A DNA stretch of 44,572 nt from the NCBI GenBank assembly GCA_903826635.1, contig CAIKFI010000056.1, positions 1 to 44,572 of the forward strand, read 5' to 3'. The position numbers were made by a program, and so were the translations under genes. The stretch comes from an uncultured Spartobacteria bacterium. GTDB lineage: Bacteria > Verrucomicrobiota > Verrucomicrobiia > Chthoniobacterales > UBA6821. Shown one piece after another: positions 37,096 through 44,572 of the stretch (the stretch's first letter is position 1; each line of letters starts with the position of its first letter). The notes beneath the pieces are model-generated. The model did not search any database and was not told the DNA's origin. It saw only the letters and a list, made by a program, of their open reading frames with translations.

Positions 37096-38361
37096 ATGCT
37101 TGATATCCGCCTCCTCCGTGAAGACCCCTCGGCCGTGAAGGCGAGGCTGGGCACTCGTTCCCCACAGTTTTCTGAGATTGTTGATCAGATCCTGGCCATT
37201 GATGCACGGCGGCGCGAGAGCGAGACGCGGGTTCAGCACCTCAGGGCCGAGAAGAACAGGTTGAGCAAGGAGATCGGCGGCCTCAAGAAGTCGGGAGGCG
37301 ACTCCTCGGCCCTTGAGGATCAGGTAAAGGGTTTCTCCGAGGAGATGGAGGAACTGGGCCGGACCGCTTCGGAGCTTGATGCCGAGCAGCGCGACTTATT
37401 GCTTCGTGTTCCCAATCTGCCCGCACCTGGCCTCCCCGAGGGAAGCGATGCGGAGTCCAATGTGGCCATCAAACATTGGGGCGAACCCTCACCCATGAAT
37501 CCCGAAGATCATGTCGCGATCGGGGAACGCCTCGGCCTCTTCGATCTCGAGCGCGCCGCCAAGATCAGCGGAAGCGGATATATCCTCTTCACCGGAGCCG
37601 GTGCTCGCCTCGAGCGGGCCTTGATCAATTTCTTGCTCGATCTCCAAACAAGATCTCACGGCTACACCGAGATCGCTCCTCCCGTGTTGGTACGACGCGA
37701 TTGCATGGAGGGAACCGGACAACTGCCGAAGTTCGAGGAGGACATGTACGGCTTCGATGAGGGAGCCGCCTTCCTGACACCAACCGCTGAGGTCTCCCTG
37801 ACCAATATCCGCCGCGACGAGATCCTCTCCGAATCCGAGCTACCGCTGAAATACACCGCCTGCACCCCCTGCTTCCGCCGCGAGGCCGGGTCGGCGGGAC
37901 GAGAGACGCGCGGCCTGATCAGGGTACACCAGTTCGACAAGGTCGAGTTGGTCAAGATCTGCACGCCGGAGCAGGCCGCTGCTGAATTGGAATCCCTCAC
38001 CGCCGATGCGGAAAAGGTCCTTCAGCTCCTCCAGCTTCCCTACAGAGTCCTGGAACTCTGCACCGGCGACATCGGCTTCTCCTCATCGCGGACCTACGAT
38101 CTGGAGGTCTGGGCTCCCGGTCAGGGAGGGTACCTCGAGGTCTCGAGCTGCTCCCACTTCGGCGACTATCAGGCGCGCCGCATGAATCTCCGGTACAAAA
38201 ACGCCGGGGGGAAGAATGTCTTCTGCCACACACTCAATGGATCAGGCACAGCCCTGCCACGCCTCTATGTGGCGTTGCTCGAGACGCACACCAAGCCGGG
38301 CGGACCGCTGGTTCTACCCGAACCGCTTCAGCCCTACTTCGGTGCCGCACAAATCGGTTGA
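37096..38361 (+). CDS. serS: Serine--tRNA ligase
   Basis: N-terminal coiled-coil arm (MLDIRLLREDP...), class II motifs FRREAGSAGRETRGLIRVHQFDKVE and GSGTALPRLYVALLE. Confidence 0.95.
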   Translation: MLDIRLLREDPSAVKARLGTRSPQFSEIVDQILAIDARRRESETRVQHLRAEKNRLSKEIGGLKKSGGDSSALEDQVKGFSEEMEELGRTASELDAEQRDLLLRVPNLPAPGLPEGSDAESNVAIKHWGEPSPMNPEDHVAIGERLGLFDLERAAKISGSGYILFTGAGARLERALINFLLDLQTRSHGYTEIAPPVLVRRDCMEGTGQLPKFEEDMYGFDEGAAFLTPTAEVSLTNIRRDEILSESELPLKYTACTPCFRREAGSAGRETRGLIRVHQFDKVELVKICTPEQAAAELESLTADAEKVLQLLQLPYRVLELCTGDIGFSSSRTYDLEVWAPGQGGYLEVSSCSHFGDYQARRMNLRYKNAGGKNVFCHTLNGSGTALPRLYVALLETHTKPGGPLVLPEPLQPYFGAAQIG

Positions 38362-39368
38362 GATTTTTGAATCAGGAAATCAGCACATCAGGAAAGGAAA
38401 AGTGTGGCATCAGCCTCCACCCACTGATTCTAAAGATTAGGGAAGGACTCCACAGGGCGGCACCTCGTAAAAAGTTTATCGTTGCGGTATCCGGGGGAGC
38501 CGATTCGGTGGCGTTGCTCCACCTCCTACTCGAAAGTGGATTCAGGAATCTGGTCGTGGCGCATTTTAACCACCGGTTGCGGGGCAGATTCTCCAATGCG
38601 GATGCCTCGTTCGTCGAGAAACTGTCAGCAACACTTAATCTACCTTTTGAAGAGGGTTCCTCGGAGGTGAAAACCCGTGCGAAAAAGGAGAAGCTCTCGC
38701 TCGAGACGGCCTCCCGCGAGGCCCGCTATGAGTTCCTTTCGTCCGTGGCGAAGAAGCATCTTACACGAGACATTCTCTTGGCCCATCATGCCGACGATCA
38801 GATCGAGACCTGTCTCTTCAATTTTCTCAGAGGTTCCGGGATTGCCGGGATTTCCGGAATGAAGCCTTGCTCCAAGCGCACCGTGAAAGGGGTCAAGCTA
38901 CAGCTCCATCGTCCTTTGCTCGGAACGACGAAAAAGGAACTGCTCGATTACCTGAAGGATAGAAATCTGCACCATCGCAAGGATGCAACGAATGCCGTCG
39001 CCGAGGCCTCGCGCAATAAACTACGACTGAAGGTGATTCCCCTGATCGAGGAGCATTTCGGTTCCTCGTTCAAGGCCTCCATTGCCCGCAATGCCAAGAT
39101 TTTAGCCGACGAAGAGGAGTTCCTAGCCTCACTCTCGCTTCCCCTCGCCGCTTCCAAGCAACTCTCCGTGAAGCTCCTGAGAAATCTCCATCCGGCGCTA
39201 CAGCGCAGGGTACTTCATACCTGGCTCAAGAACCAGGATGTCCTAGAACCTGGTTTTTCCGAGGTGGAACTGCTCGCTTCACTGCTCATCGCGGACGGCC
39301 CGGCCAAGGTGAATCTCCCGGGCAATCGCCACGCACGGAGGCGTTCGGGAGTTCTCTTTATCGAGTAG
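38358..39368 (+). CDS. tilS: tRNA(Ile)-lysidine synthase
   Basis: PP-loop FIVAVSGGADSVALLHLL, AHFNHRLRG, LLAHHADDQIET. The ORF begins at a TTG overlapping the serS stop, so the exact start is uncertain. Confidence 0.8.
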   Translation: MRFLNQEISTSGKEKCGISLHPLILKIREGLHRAAPRKKFIVAVSGGADSVALLHLLLESGFRNLVVAHFNHRLRGRFSNADASFVEKLSATLNLPFEEGSSEVKTRAKKEKLSLETASREARYEFLSSVAKKHLTRDILLAHHADDQIETCLFNFLRGSGIAGISGMKPCSKRTVKGVKLQLHRPLLGTTKKELLDYLKDRNLHHRKDATNAVAEASRNKLRLKVIPLIEEHFGSSFKASIARNAKILADEEEFLASLSLPLAASKQLSVKLLRNLHPALQRRVLHTWLKNQDVLEPGFSEVELLASLLIADGPAKVNLPGNRHARRRSGVLFIE

Positions 39369-40374
39369 AGATCAATTTGCCGAGTGCGAGCGCAAACTGG
39401 TACCCCACCTTCTCGTGTGTGAATCGTTCCTGAACGGTTTCCCAACCCCGTTTCCCCATCGAGGAGCTCAGAGTCGGATCCGAGAGAAGCCGAGTCAATG
39501 CGGAGACCCACTCCCCAGACTTTGCCACGATTCCCGAACGGCTCTGCTCGATCCATTCACGATTCACCCCCACGTCGCTGGCCACCACGGGCAAGCCGCC
39601 CGACATGTATTGAAGCGCCTTGTAAGCACATTTTCCACGGGTGAATCCGTTATCCACCAGGGGCATGATCCCGAGATCGGCCGAGACAATGGCGTCGTAC
39701 TCAGCCCCCTCATTCCACTCGATGAATTCCCAAGAAGAGAACCGACTGAAGTTCGGCGGACGGTTGCTCACGATGCGAAGGAGGAAAGGATGGGAGGAAT
39801 GCACGGCTGAGAGTTCCTCCTCGATCGCCTCGACCTGCGCCACATTCGGCCCCATGCCCACCCAAACAATGATTGGAAGTTCGTGCGCCCCCCGTACTTC
39901 TTTCATGGGTAGTTTGGGGACACTCGTTGGAATAAGAGAGGTTGAAACATTGGGGGCCACTTGGTTGATTTTCGCCTCCAACACGGGACTTCCGCAAATC
40001 GCCCCGTCGATAAACCTCATGAAGAATCCAAATCGCCGCGCCTGCTTGCCACTCACATAGGGGACATGATTTCGCTTCCCCATCCAGACCGCATCATCAA
40101 GGTCAAAGATCAACCGCTTGGAAGCCATTCGCAGCCTTAGCACATCCCACTGACTGATCAGAACCTTCTGCCAGAGCACGGCGTCGACTGTGCGTGCCTT
40201 CTTGAGGAGGGGACTCCACGATTCCCCACGCTTGGGCTGAAGGATCACCTCAACCGAGATTCCAGAAGCATTGAGAGCATCCAAGTGCTGAAAAATCCTC
40301 AGCCTACTGCTGGGACTGATGACCGGATCCTCCACCACGCAAAGGAGAGAGTAAGACTTGGAGTGATTCATCAA
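39358..40374 (-). CDS. Glycosyltransferase (GT-B fold, group 1-like)
   Basis: C-terminal GT1-type block KALQYMSGGLPVVASDVGVNREWIEQSRSGIV; ~338 aa; no signal peptide. Its 3' end overlaps tilS by 11 nt (convergent). Confidence 0.6.
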   Translation of the reverse strand: MMNHSKSYSLLCVVEDPVISPSSRLRIFQHLDALNASGISVEVILQPKRGESWSPLLKKARTVDAVLWQKVLISQWDVLRLRMASKRLIFDLDDAVWMGKRNHVPYVSGKQARRFGFFMRFIDGAICGSPVLEAKINQVAPNVSTSLIPTSVPKLPMKEVRGAHELPIIVWVGMGPNVAQVEAIEEELSAVHSSHPFLLRIVSNRPPNFSRFSSWEFIEWNEGAEYDAIVSADLGIMPLVDNGFTRGKCAYKALQYMSGGLPVVASDVGVNREWIEQSRSGIVAKSGEWVSALTRLLSDPTLSSSMGKRGWETVQERFTHEKVGYQFALALGKLISTR

Positions 40375-40473
40375 GGGAAGAGATTCACAGGGATGAAGGA
40401 GATAAAAGGGATGCTGAACTGATGTGGATGGTTAAGAAAGCTTTTGAAAGAGTCTTTGGAAAGTGCGAGCTAA

Positions 40474-40728
40474 TCCCATGTCTCCTTCCGTGGCGAGAGC
40501 GTTGGACAATTCCAGATTGATCTTCTGGTGAAAAATCTGGTGATCGTGGAACTAAAGTTCGCCAAGGCATTGATTCCCGAGCATCAAATGCAGTTCTTGA
40601 ACTAACTTAGGGCTTCGGGATTACCGGTGACCCTGCTCTTGAACTTCGAAACTCTGAAATTGGATTATGGACGCTTTGAAAACCGCTTTCTCAAAACCCC
40701 ATCCCCTTCATCTTTTTCATCCCTGTGA
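40474..40728 (+). pseudogene. Decayed C-terminal remnant of a GxxExxY-family (PD-(D/E)XK-like) gene
   Basis: The frame reads FRGESVGQFQIDLLVKNLVIVELKFAKALIPEHQMQFLN*LRASGLPVTLLLNFETLKLDYGRFENRF. This matches the family C-terminal pattern Y.G....YR.DLLV....IVELK......PEH..QLLNYL...G...GLLINF, but has an in-frame TAA (40603-40605) where the family usually has Tyr. A TAA at 40471 sits directly upstream, and no recognisable N-terminal half is present. Confidence 0.6.
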
Positions 40729-40792
40729 AAAAAGGTGATTTACCAAGTTCCAGGCTCGCAAGCTTGGATGGAGAGCAAGGCTGTCTAGAGAA

Positions 40793-40847
40793 GCCGTAGT
40801 GAACCTACGGCAACCGCAGACCAACGATGCGATCCGCCAAGATCGCA
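40793..40847 (-). terminator. Two hairpins immediately downstream of proS (candidate terminator region)
   Basis: Minus strand after the TAG stop: TGCGATC ttggcg GATCGCA (40828-40847), then GCCGTAG gttca CTACGGC (40793-40811) followed by TTCTCT. There is no strong U-tract. Confidence 0.3.
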
Positions 40848-40850
40848 AGC

Positions 40851-42383
40851 CTAGTACGCTTTGCCGAAGATCACACGACGACTACTCGCCTCACCGCTGA
40901 AGGGACAGGTGCCCGGTTCATCGATGAACTCCGAGCCATCAGCCTCTGGGATACAGCGGATCGTCACCTTCAACTCCTCCTTGATCTTTGCCTCAACCTC
41001 GGGACTCCCATTCCAATGGGTGAGGGCAAAGCCACCGTGGATCTCCGGCTTTTCGGGACTATTCGGGGTGAAGTAGGCGTAGAACTCCTCCTTGGTGTCG
41101 ATCTTTCTGGTATGCTCGCGTCGGAAGGACAGGGCCCCGTTGAGCAGTCCCTGCTGGATCTCAGCCAGTATTTCGGGAAGTCGTGAGGCAAGTGTCTCGG
41201 CTGGTAGAAACTCTTTTTCCTTCGGCCCCTTGTCACGCCGGGCAAGGGCGGCACTCCCTGACTCAAGATCCCGGGGACCGACCTCAATGCGCACAGGAAC
41301 CCCCTTCTTGATCCATTCCCAGGTCTTGGTCCCGCCGCCGATATCGCGGCTGTCGATCTCCACGCGGAGCGACTCACCGGCATAGGTGGCCGAGCGCAGA
41401 GCCACTGCGATCTCTTCGGTCTTGGCCAGAACGGCGGCACGGGTCTCCTCCTTGGGGGTGATAGGAATAATGATCACTTGCGTGCCGGCAATTCGCGGCG
41501 GAATGACGGCCCCGTCATCGTCCCCGTGGGCCATCAGGAGCGTGCCGATGAGACGCGTGCTGACGCCCCAACTGGTGGTCCAAGCGAGTTCCTCGGTGTT
41601 GTTGCGCGAGAGAAACTTGATGCCGGAGGCCTTGGCAAAGTTTTGGCCCAGGAAGTGGGAGGTACCGGCCTGGATCGCCTTGCGATCCTGCACCATGGCC
41701 TCGATGCAGTAGGTGCGCACGGCGCCGGGGAAACGCTCGCTCTCGGACTTCTCCCCCCGGATGACGGGAATCGCAAGCCACTCGCGGGCAAAGGTCTCGT
41801 AGACGCCAAGCATCTTTTCCGTCTCTTCGATCGCCTCGAACTCGGTCTCATGCGCGGTATGGCCCTCCTGCCAGAGAAACTCTGCGGTCCTGAGAAAAAG
41901 GCGGGGGCGAAGTTCCCACCGGACGACATTGGCCCACTGGTTCAGAAGGATCGGGAGATCCCTGTAGGATTTGACCCATTTGGCATACGTCGCGCCGATG
42001 ATCGTCTCGGAAGTCGGGCGTACAACGAGGGGTTCGGTGAGTTCTCCTGCCGGGACGAGCTTACCATCCTTAAGTTCGAGACGATGGTGGGTCACTACGG
42101 CACACTCCTTGGCAAACCCCTCCACATGGTCGGCCTCGCGCTGCAGATGGCTTAGGGGAATGAAAAGGGGGAAGTAGGCATTCTTGTGTCCGGTCGCCTT
42201 GAACATGCCGTCCAGAGCACTCTGCATACGCTCCCAGAGGGCATATCCCCAGGGCCTGATGACCATGCATCCCCTAACCTCCGAGTTCTCGGCCATCTCG
42301 GCGCTGCGGACGACTTGCTGATACCACTCTGGAAAATCCTCCCCACGACGTGGGGAAATAGCGCTTTCGTTGCCTTTGCTCAT
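40851..42383 (-). CDS. proS: Proline--tRNA ligase (archaeal/eukaryote-like class II type, no insertion editing domain)
   Basis: FPEWYQQVVRSAEMAENSEVRGCMVIRPWGYALWERMQ N-terminus, WANVVRWE, LRTAEFLWQEGHTAH, QAGTSHFLGQNFA, and a C-terminal zinc-binding-type domain ending FGKAY. ATG at 42383 (MSKGNES) is preferred over 42407. Confidence 0.9.
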   Translation of the reverse strand: MSKGNESAISPRRGEDFPEWYQQVVRSAEMAENSEVRGCMVIRPWGYALWERMQSALDGMFKATGHKNAYFPLFIPLSHLQREADHVEGFAKECAVVTHHRLELKDGKLVPAGELTEPLVVRPTSETIIGATYAKWVKSYRDLPILLNQWANVVRWELRPRLFLRTAEFLWQEGHTAHETEFEAIEETEKMLGVYETFAREWLAIPVIRGEKSESERFPGAVRTYCIEAMVQDRKAIQAGTSHFLGQNFAKASGIKFLSRNNTEELAWTTSWGVSTRLIGTLLMAHGDDDGAVIPPRIAGTQVIIIPITPKEETRAAVLAKTEEIAVALRSATYAGESLRVEIDSRDIGGGTKTWEWIKKGVPVRIEVGPRDLESGSAALARRDKGPKEKEFLPAETLASRLPEILAEIQQGLLNGALSFRREHTRKIDTKEEFYAYFTPNSPEKPEIHGGFALTHWNGSPEVEAKIKEELKVTIRCIPEADGSEFIDEPGTCPFSGEASSRRVIFGKAY

Positions 42384-42436
42384 AGGAGTAAAGCGTAACG
42401 GCGGCATCTTGGACCGGGCAAGTGTAGAGGTAGCAG

Positions 42437-42467
42437 AGGGGAAAGTTTCCCCTTAGGAAAGTCTCCT
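42437..42467. promoter_or_regulatory. Perfect 17-bp palindrome plus an adjacent degenerate copy (candidate operator) in the proS/rrf2 divergent region
   Basis: AGGGGAAA g TTTCCCCT (42437-42453) has 8-bp perfect arms. It is followed one base later by AGGAAAGTCTCCT (42455-42467), which has the same AGG..AAAGT.TCC..T core. Confidence 0.4.
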
Positions 42468-42539
42468 GATTATTTTGGAGAATCTGGGATGCAAAAACCA
42501 AAGAACGAAAGAACCTATGAGCGATGGAACGATAGAATC

Positions 42540-42574
42540 TTTTCACAATGCGACCCATCAGGTAGTATTACTGC
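42540..42574 (+). promoter_or_regulatory. Candidate promoter abutting the rrf2 start codon (leaderless-type geometry)
   Basis: TTTTCA (42540-42545), 17-nt spacer, TAGTAT (42563-42568), 6 nt, then ATG at 42575. Sequence pattern only. Confidence 0.4.
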
Positions 42575-43039
42575 ATGCAACTCTCGATGCGAACCGATTA
42601 TGCCTTGCGAGCCCTCTTCACGCTTGTGGAACATCGTGGAGGCCCACCGATCCCGATTCTCGAACTGGCACGGCGGAATGATGTGCCGAAGCGCTTTCTG
42701 GAGCATATCATGCTCGATCTCAAGGAGAAGGGCTGGGTTGCCAGTACGGCTGGAAAGCGCGGCGGTTATCAGTTGGCCAAGAACCCGGAGAAGATCACCA
42801 TGGGAGAAGTGGTGCGACATTTCGACGGTTATCTGGCTCCCATCGCCTGCGTCTCCGTCACGGATTACAAGCGCTGTACGCAGGAGACGACCTGCCGCTT
42901 CCGACGCGTCCTGCTCACGGCACGAAATCTGGTTGCAAATCTGATGGATCGGACAACTCTCGCCGACGTCATGAAGTCCCCCGTTGTCTCTCCGGATGAG
43001 CTTAGGAAGATCCAGGGGATCGATGGAGAAGGCATTTAA
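42575..43039 (+). CDS. Rrf2-family transcriptional regulator with three clustered cysteines (probable Fe-S sensor)
   Basis: MQLSMRTDYALRALFTLVEH winged-helix N-terminus, GKRGGYQLAK, and a C-x8-C-x5-C cluster (ACVSVTDYKRCTQETTC). Confidence 0.85.
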   Translation: MQLSMRTDYALRALFTLVEHRGGPPIPILELARRNDVPKRFLEHIMLDLKEKGWVASTAGKRGGYQLAKNPEKITMGEVVRHFDGYLAPIACVSVTDYKRCTQETTCRFRRVLLTARNLVANLMDRTTLADVMKSPVVSPDELRKIQGIDGEGI

Positions 43040-43065
43040 GGACAGCGTTCGGGTCCTGACTCACG

Positions 43066-43869
43066 ATGACGCTCCCTTCGGAATTGTTAGCCCCTCCCAT
43101 TCTTTCCGGAAAGAGATCGGAATCCATTATCCGTTACGGTGATCAATTAGCCCTTAAATCACAATATCTGGAATCACTTCACCTTCTTGAACCCCATTCA
43201 GGAAGAGAAATGCCACGCTATCGATGGAACACGCCCACCTCACCAACGTTCTACAGGATAGGAATCTTTGCCGGCATCCACGGTGATGAGGAGTCCGGTG
43301 TGCTTGCAGCGATCCAGTTCCTGAGAGAACTCCAGATTAATCCGGACATCAGTAAGTTCTACGAACTCTTTGTCTACCCCATCTGCAACCCTTGGGGATT
43401 TGATGCCGGATGCCGAGAAGGTGCATCCGGTAAAGATCTAAATCGCTGTTTCTGGGGAGATCACGAAGAGGAAGATGTCCGACTGCTTGAAGGGGAATTA
43501 CGGACCAAGCGCTTCGACGGCATCGTTTCCCTGCATACTGATGACACCAGCGAGGGAATCTACGGCTACGTGAACGGAAGCACACTGACCCGACATCTGT
43601 TAGAACCAGCACTCAGAACAACCTCCTCCATCATCCCTAGGGATGTCCGACCTGAAATTGATACCCACCCCGCGAAAGATTCGATGATCTTCGGAGGGTA
43701 TCAGGGCATTCTGGGAGCGCCGGAGGACCAGCATCCACAGCCCTTCTCGATCGTCTTCGAGACGCCACACCACGCCCCCTTGGGAAAACAGGTCGAGGCA
43801 CATCTGAGCGCCATCAGAGAGATCCTATCCCTCTTCCGCGTCATTAGCTCCGAAGGACGCGACATTTAA
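43066..43869 (+). CDS. M14-family zinc carboxypeptidase-like amidase, paralogue of 26418-27242
   Basis: FAGIHGDEESG (HxxE), NPWGFD, GKDLNRCFW, VSLHTDD, VFETPHH. No signal peptide. It lies 26 nt downstream of the rrf2 gene. Confidence 0.7.
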   Translation: MTLPSELLAPPILSGKRSESIIRYGDQLALKSQYLESLHLLEPHSGREMPRYRWNTPTSPTFYRIGIFAGIHGDEESGVLAAIQFLRELQINPDISKFYELFVYPICNPWGFDAGCREGASGKDLNRCFWGDHEEEDVRLLEGELRTKRFDGIVSLHTDDTSEGIYGYVNGSTLTRHLLEPALRTTSSIIPRDVRPEIDTHPAKDSMIFGGYQGILGAPEDQHPQPFSIVFETPHHAPLGKQVEAHLSAIREILSLFRVISSEGRDI

Positions 43870-43952
43870 TGATTTTCTCAAAGAAAAAACTCGCACCTTT
43901 AAAAACGACTTGATTGGTCGATTATTTTTCCCTTTGATGGTTTTCAACACGA

Positions 43953-43964
43953 TAAACTTTTTTC
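43953..43964 (+). promoter_or_regulatory. -10-like hexamer 6 nt upstream of the DUF2061 start codon
   Basis: TAAACT (43953-43958), 6 nt (tttttc), then ATG at 43965. There is no convincing -35. Confidence 0.25.
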
Positions 43965-44222
43965 ATGAACTCACTCACCGAACCGAGAAGCATCTCCCTG
44001 ATCAAATCGATCTCCTACCGAATGTTCGGTACCCTGACCACATTTATCGGATGCTATGTATTTACAGGGAAAGTCGTCTTGTCAGTGGGAGTCGGCATCT
44101 TCGATTTCTTTGCAAAACTCGTCCTGTTTTATTTTCACGAAAGGGCCTGGGTTCATGTCCCGGCGATGGTTCACAAACTCAATCGTGCCGTAACCAAAAT
44201 TGAAAAGGCCGAAAAGAGCTGA
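43965..44222 (+). CDS. DUF2061-family small membrane protein
   Basis: SISYRMFGTLTTFIGCYVFTG ... FFAKLVLFYFHERAW matches the family pattern (SWR..GT..TF......TG......K..LYY.HERAW). The overlapping ORF 43910-44203, in another frame, has no such signature. Confidence 0.7.
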   Translation: MNSLTEPRSISLIKSISYRMFGTLTTFIGCYVFTGKVVLSVGVGIFDFFAKLVLFYFHERAWVHVPAMVHKLNRAVTKIEKAEKS

Positions 44223-44335
44223 TTGCAGAACTCTGAAAACTTCAGGAATTAACAAGAAACAATCAACAATCTGTCGCAACGTGCCCTCTGAACTCTTCAT
44301 CCCATGCACAGCCGAAGGCTGCTGTGGCTAAAACT

Positions 44336-44572
44336 TTAGTGAGGGAAACGATCCTTTAGAGAGTCAAGGTCACCTAGCAGGCGGGGTAGTGATTCCTCAA
44401 TAATGCCCCACACAATCCTGTCCTCCACGCTGTCATAGCAATGAGCCAAAATATTCCGGAAAGAGATAATCTGACGGACGTTTGGAATGGCATCCACGAG
44501 CTCGGGATCCAGCTTATAGGAGCGATTGAGTGCCTCCCCGATGATTTCAAAGGATCGCTCCACGGCTAACCG
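44336..44572 (-). CDS. hepT: HepT/DUF86-family toxin (RNase of MNT-HepT type VII toxin-antitoxin systems), 5' end beyond the window edge
   Basis: R-x4-H-x-Y active-site motif in FRNILAHCY, and IIGEALNR upstream of it. The frame stays open past the GTG at 44563 to the window end (RLA precedes it), so the gene is truncated by the window. Confidence 0.75.
   Translation of the reverse strand, partial: RLAVERSFEIIGEALNRSYKLDPELVDAIPNVRQIISFRNILAHCYDSVEDRIVWGIIEESLPRLLGDLDSLKDRFPH

Noticed and set aside
40385-40570. 61-aa minus-strand ORF in the large intergenic gap.
   Set aside because: It has no motif and an Arg/Ser/Pro-rich composition, and it lies antisense to the recognisable GxxExxY remnant, which explains the open frame better.
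43910-44203. 97-aa plus-strand ORF overlapping the DUF2061 gene in another frame.
   Set aside because: The 43965-44222 frame carries the DUF2061 signature (..SYRMFGT..TF.....FTG......K.VLFYFHERAW), whereas the alternative frame has none.
1-44572. Scan for rRNA, tRNA, tmRNA, CRISPR repeats, transposase or integrase genes and long inverted or direct repeats.
   Set aside because: Nothing was found by eye. All gaps longer than 90 nt were read on both strands and contain only the hairpins, palindromes and gene relic listed above. A computational scan (tRNAscan, Infernal/Rfam, a repeat finder) would be needed to exclude small or divergent elements.

Overview
This is a 44.6-kb, gene-dense chromosomal segment with about 42 protein genes on both strands, mostly housekeeping. 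I found no rRNA, tRNA, CRISPR array or intact mobile element by eye. The gene content suggests a Verrucomicrobiota genome (inference): an Amuc_1100-type pilus-like locus, a GxxExxY remnant, a secreted GH43/esterase/lyase trio and little Shine-Dalgarno signal.

Gene order, left to right:
- 3' part of a pilus-like locus: Amuc_1100-like (cut by the window edge), Amuc_1099-like, then two tandem paralogous secretins.
- coaE-rho; rhomboid and lipid kinase (minus strand); AsmA-like-rsmD-waaA.
- A minus-strand pair, DUF2334 deacetylase-like plus a PHP-phosphoesterase::GT4 fusion.
- ftsH; rdgB; leuS; a cytochrome b562-like protein; an MbfA-like iron exporter.
- A minus-strand aguB-M14 peptidase-hisB-hisH-hisA string.
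- Cyclophilin; MBL hydrolase; 5-formyl-THF cyclo-ligase; AI-2E transporter.
- GH43, esterase and alginate-lyase-family genes; a cbpA-like DnaJ; serS-tilS; a GT1-type glycosyltransferase.
- A 476-bp gap holding a decayed GxxExxY gene; proS; Rrf2 regulator-second M14 peptidase-DUF2061; a HepT (DUF86) toxin gene cut by the right edge.

Most worth a second look:
1. The duplicated secretins in the pilus-like locus.
2. The DUF2334 + PHP::GT4 module.
3. -10-like hexamers exactly 6 nt upstream of several start codons, which suggests leaderless mRNAs.
4. A perfect 17-bp palindrome with a tandem degenerate copy between proS and the Cys3 Rrf2 regulator.
5. A Lys-rich N-terminal extension on the N-carbamoylputrescine amidase.

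All family assignments come from motif recognition by eye. No database search was run.
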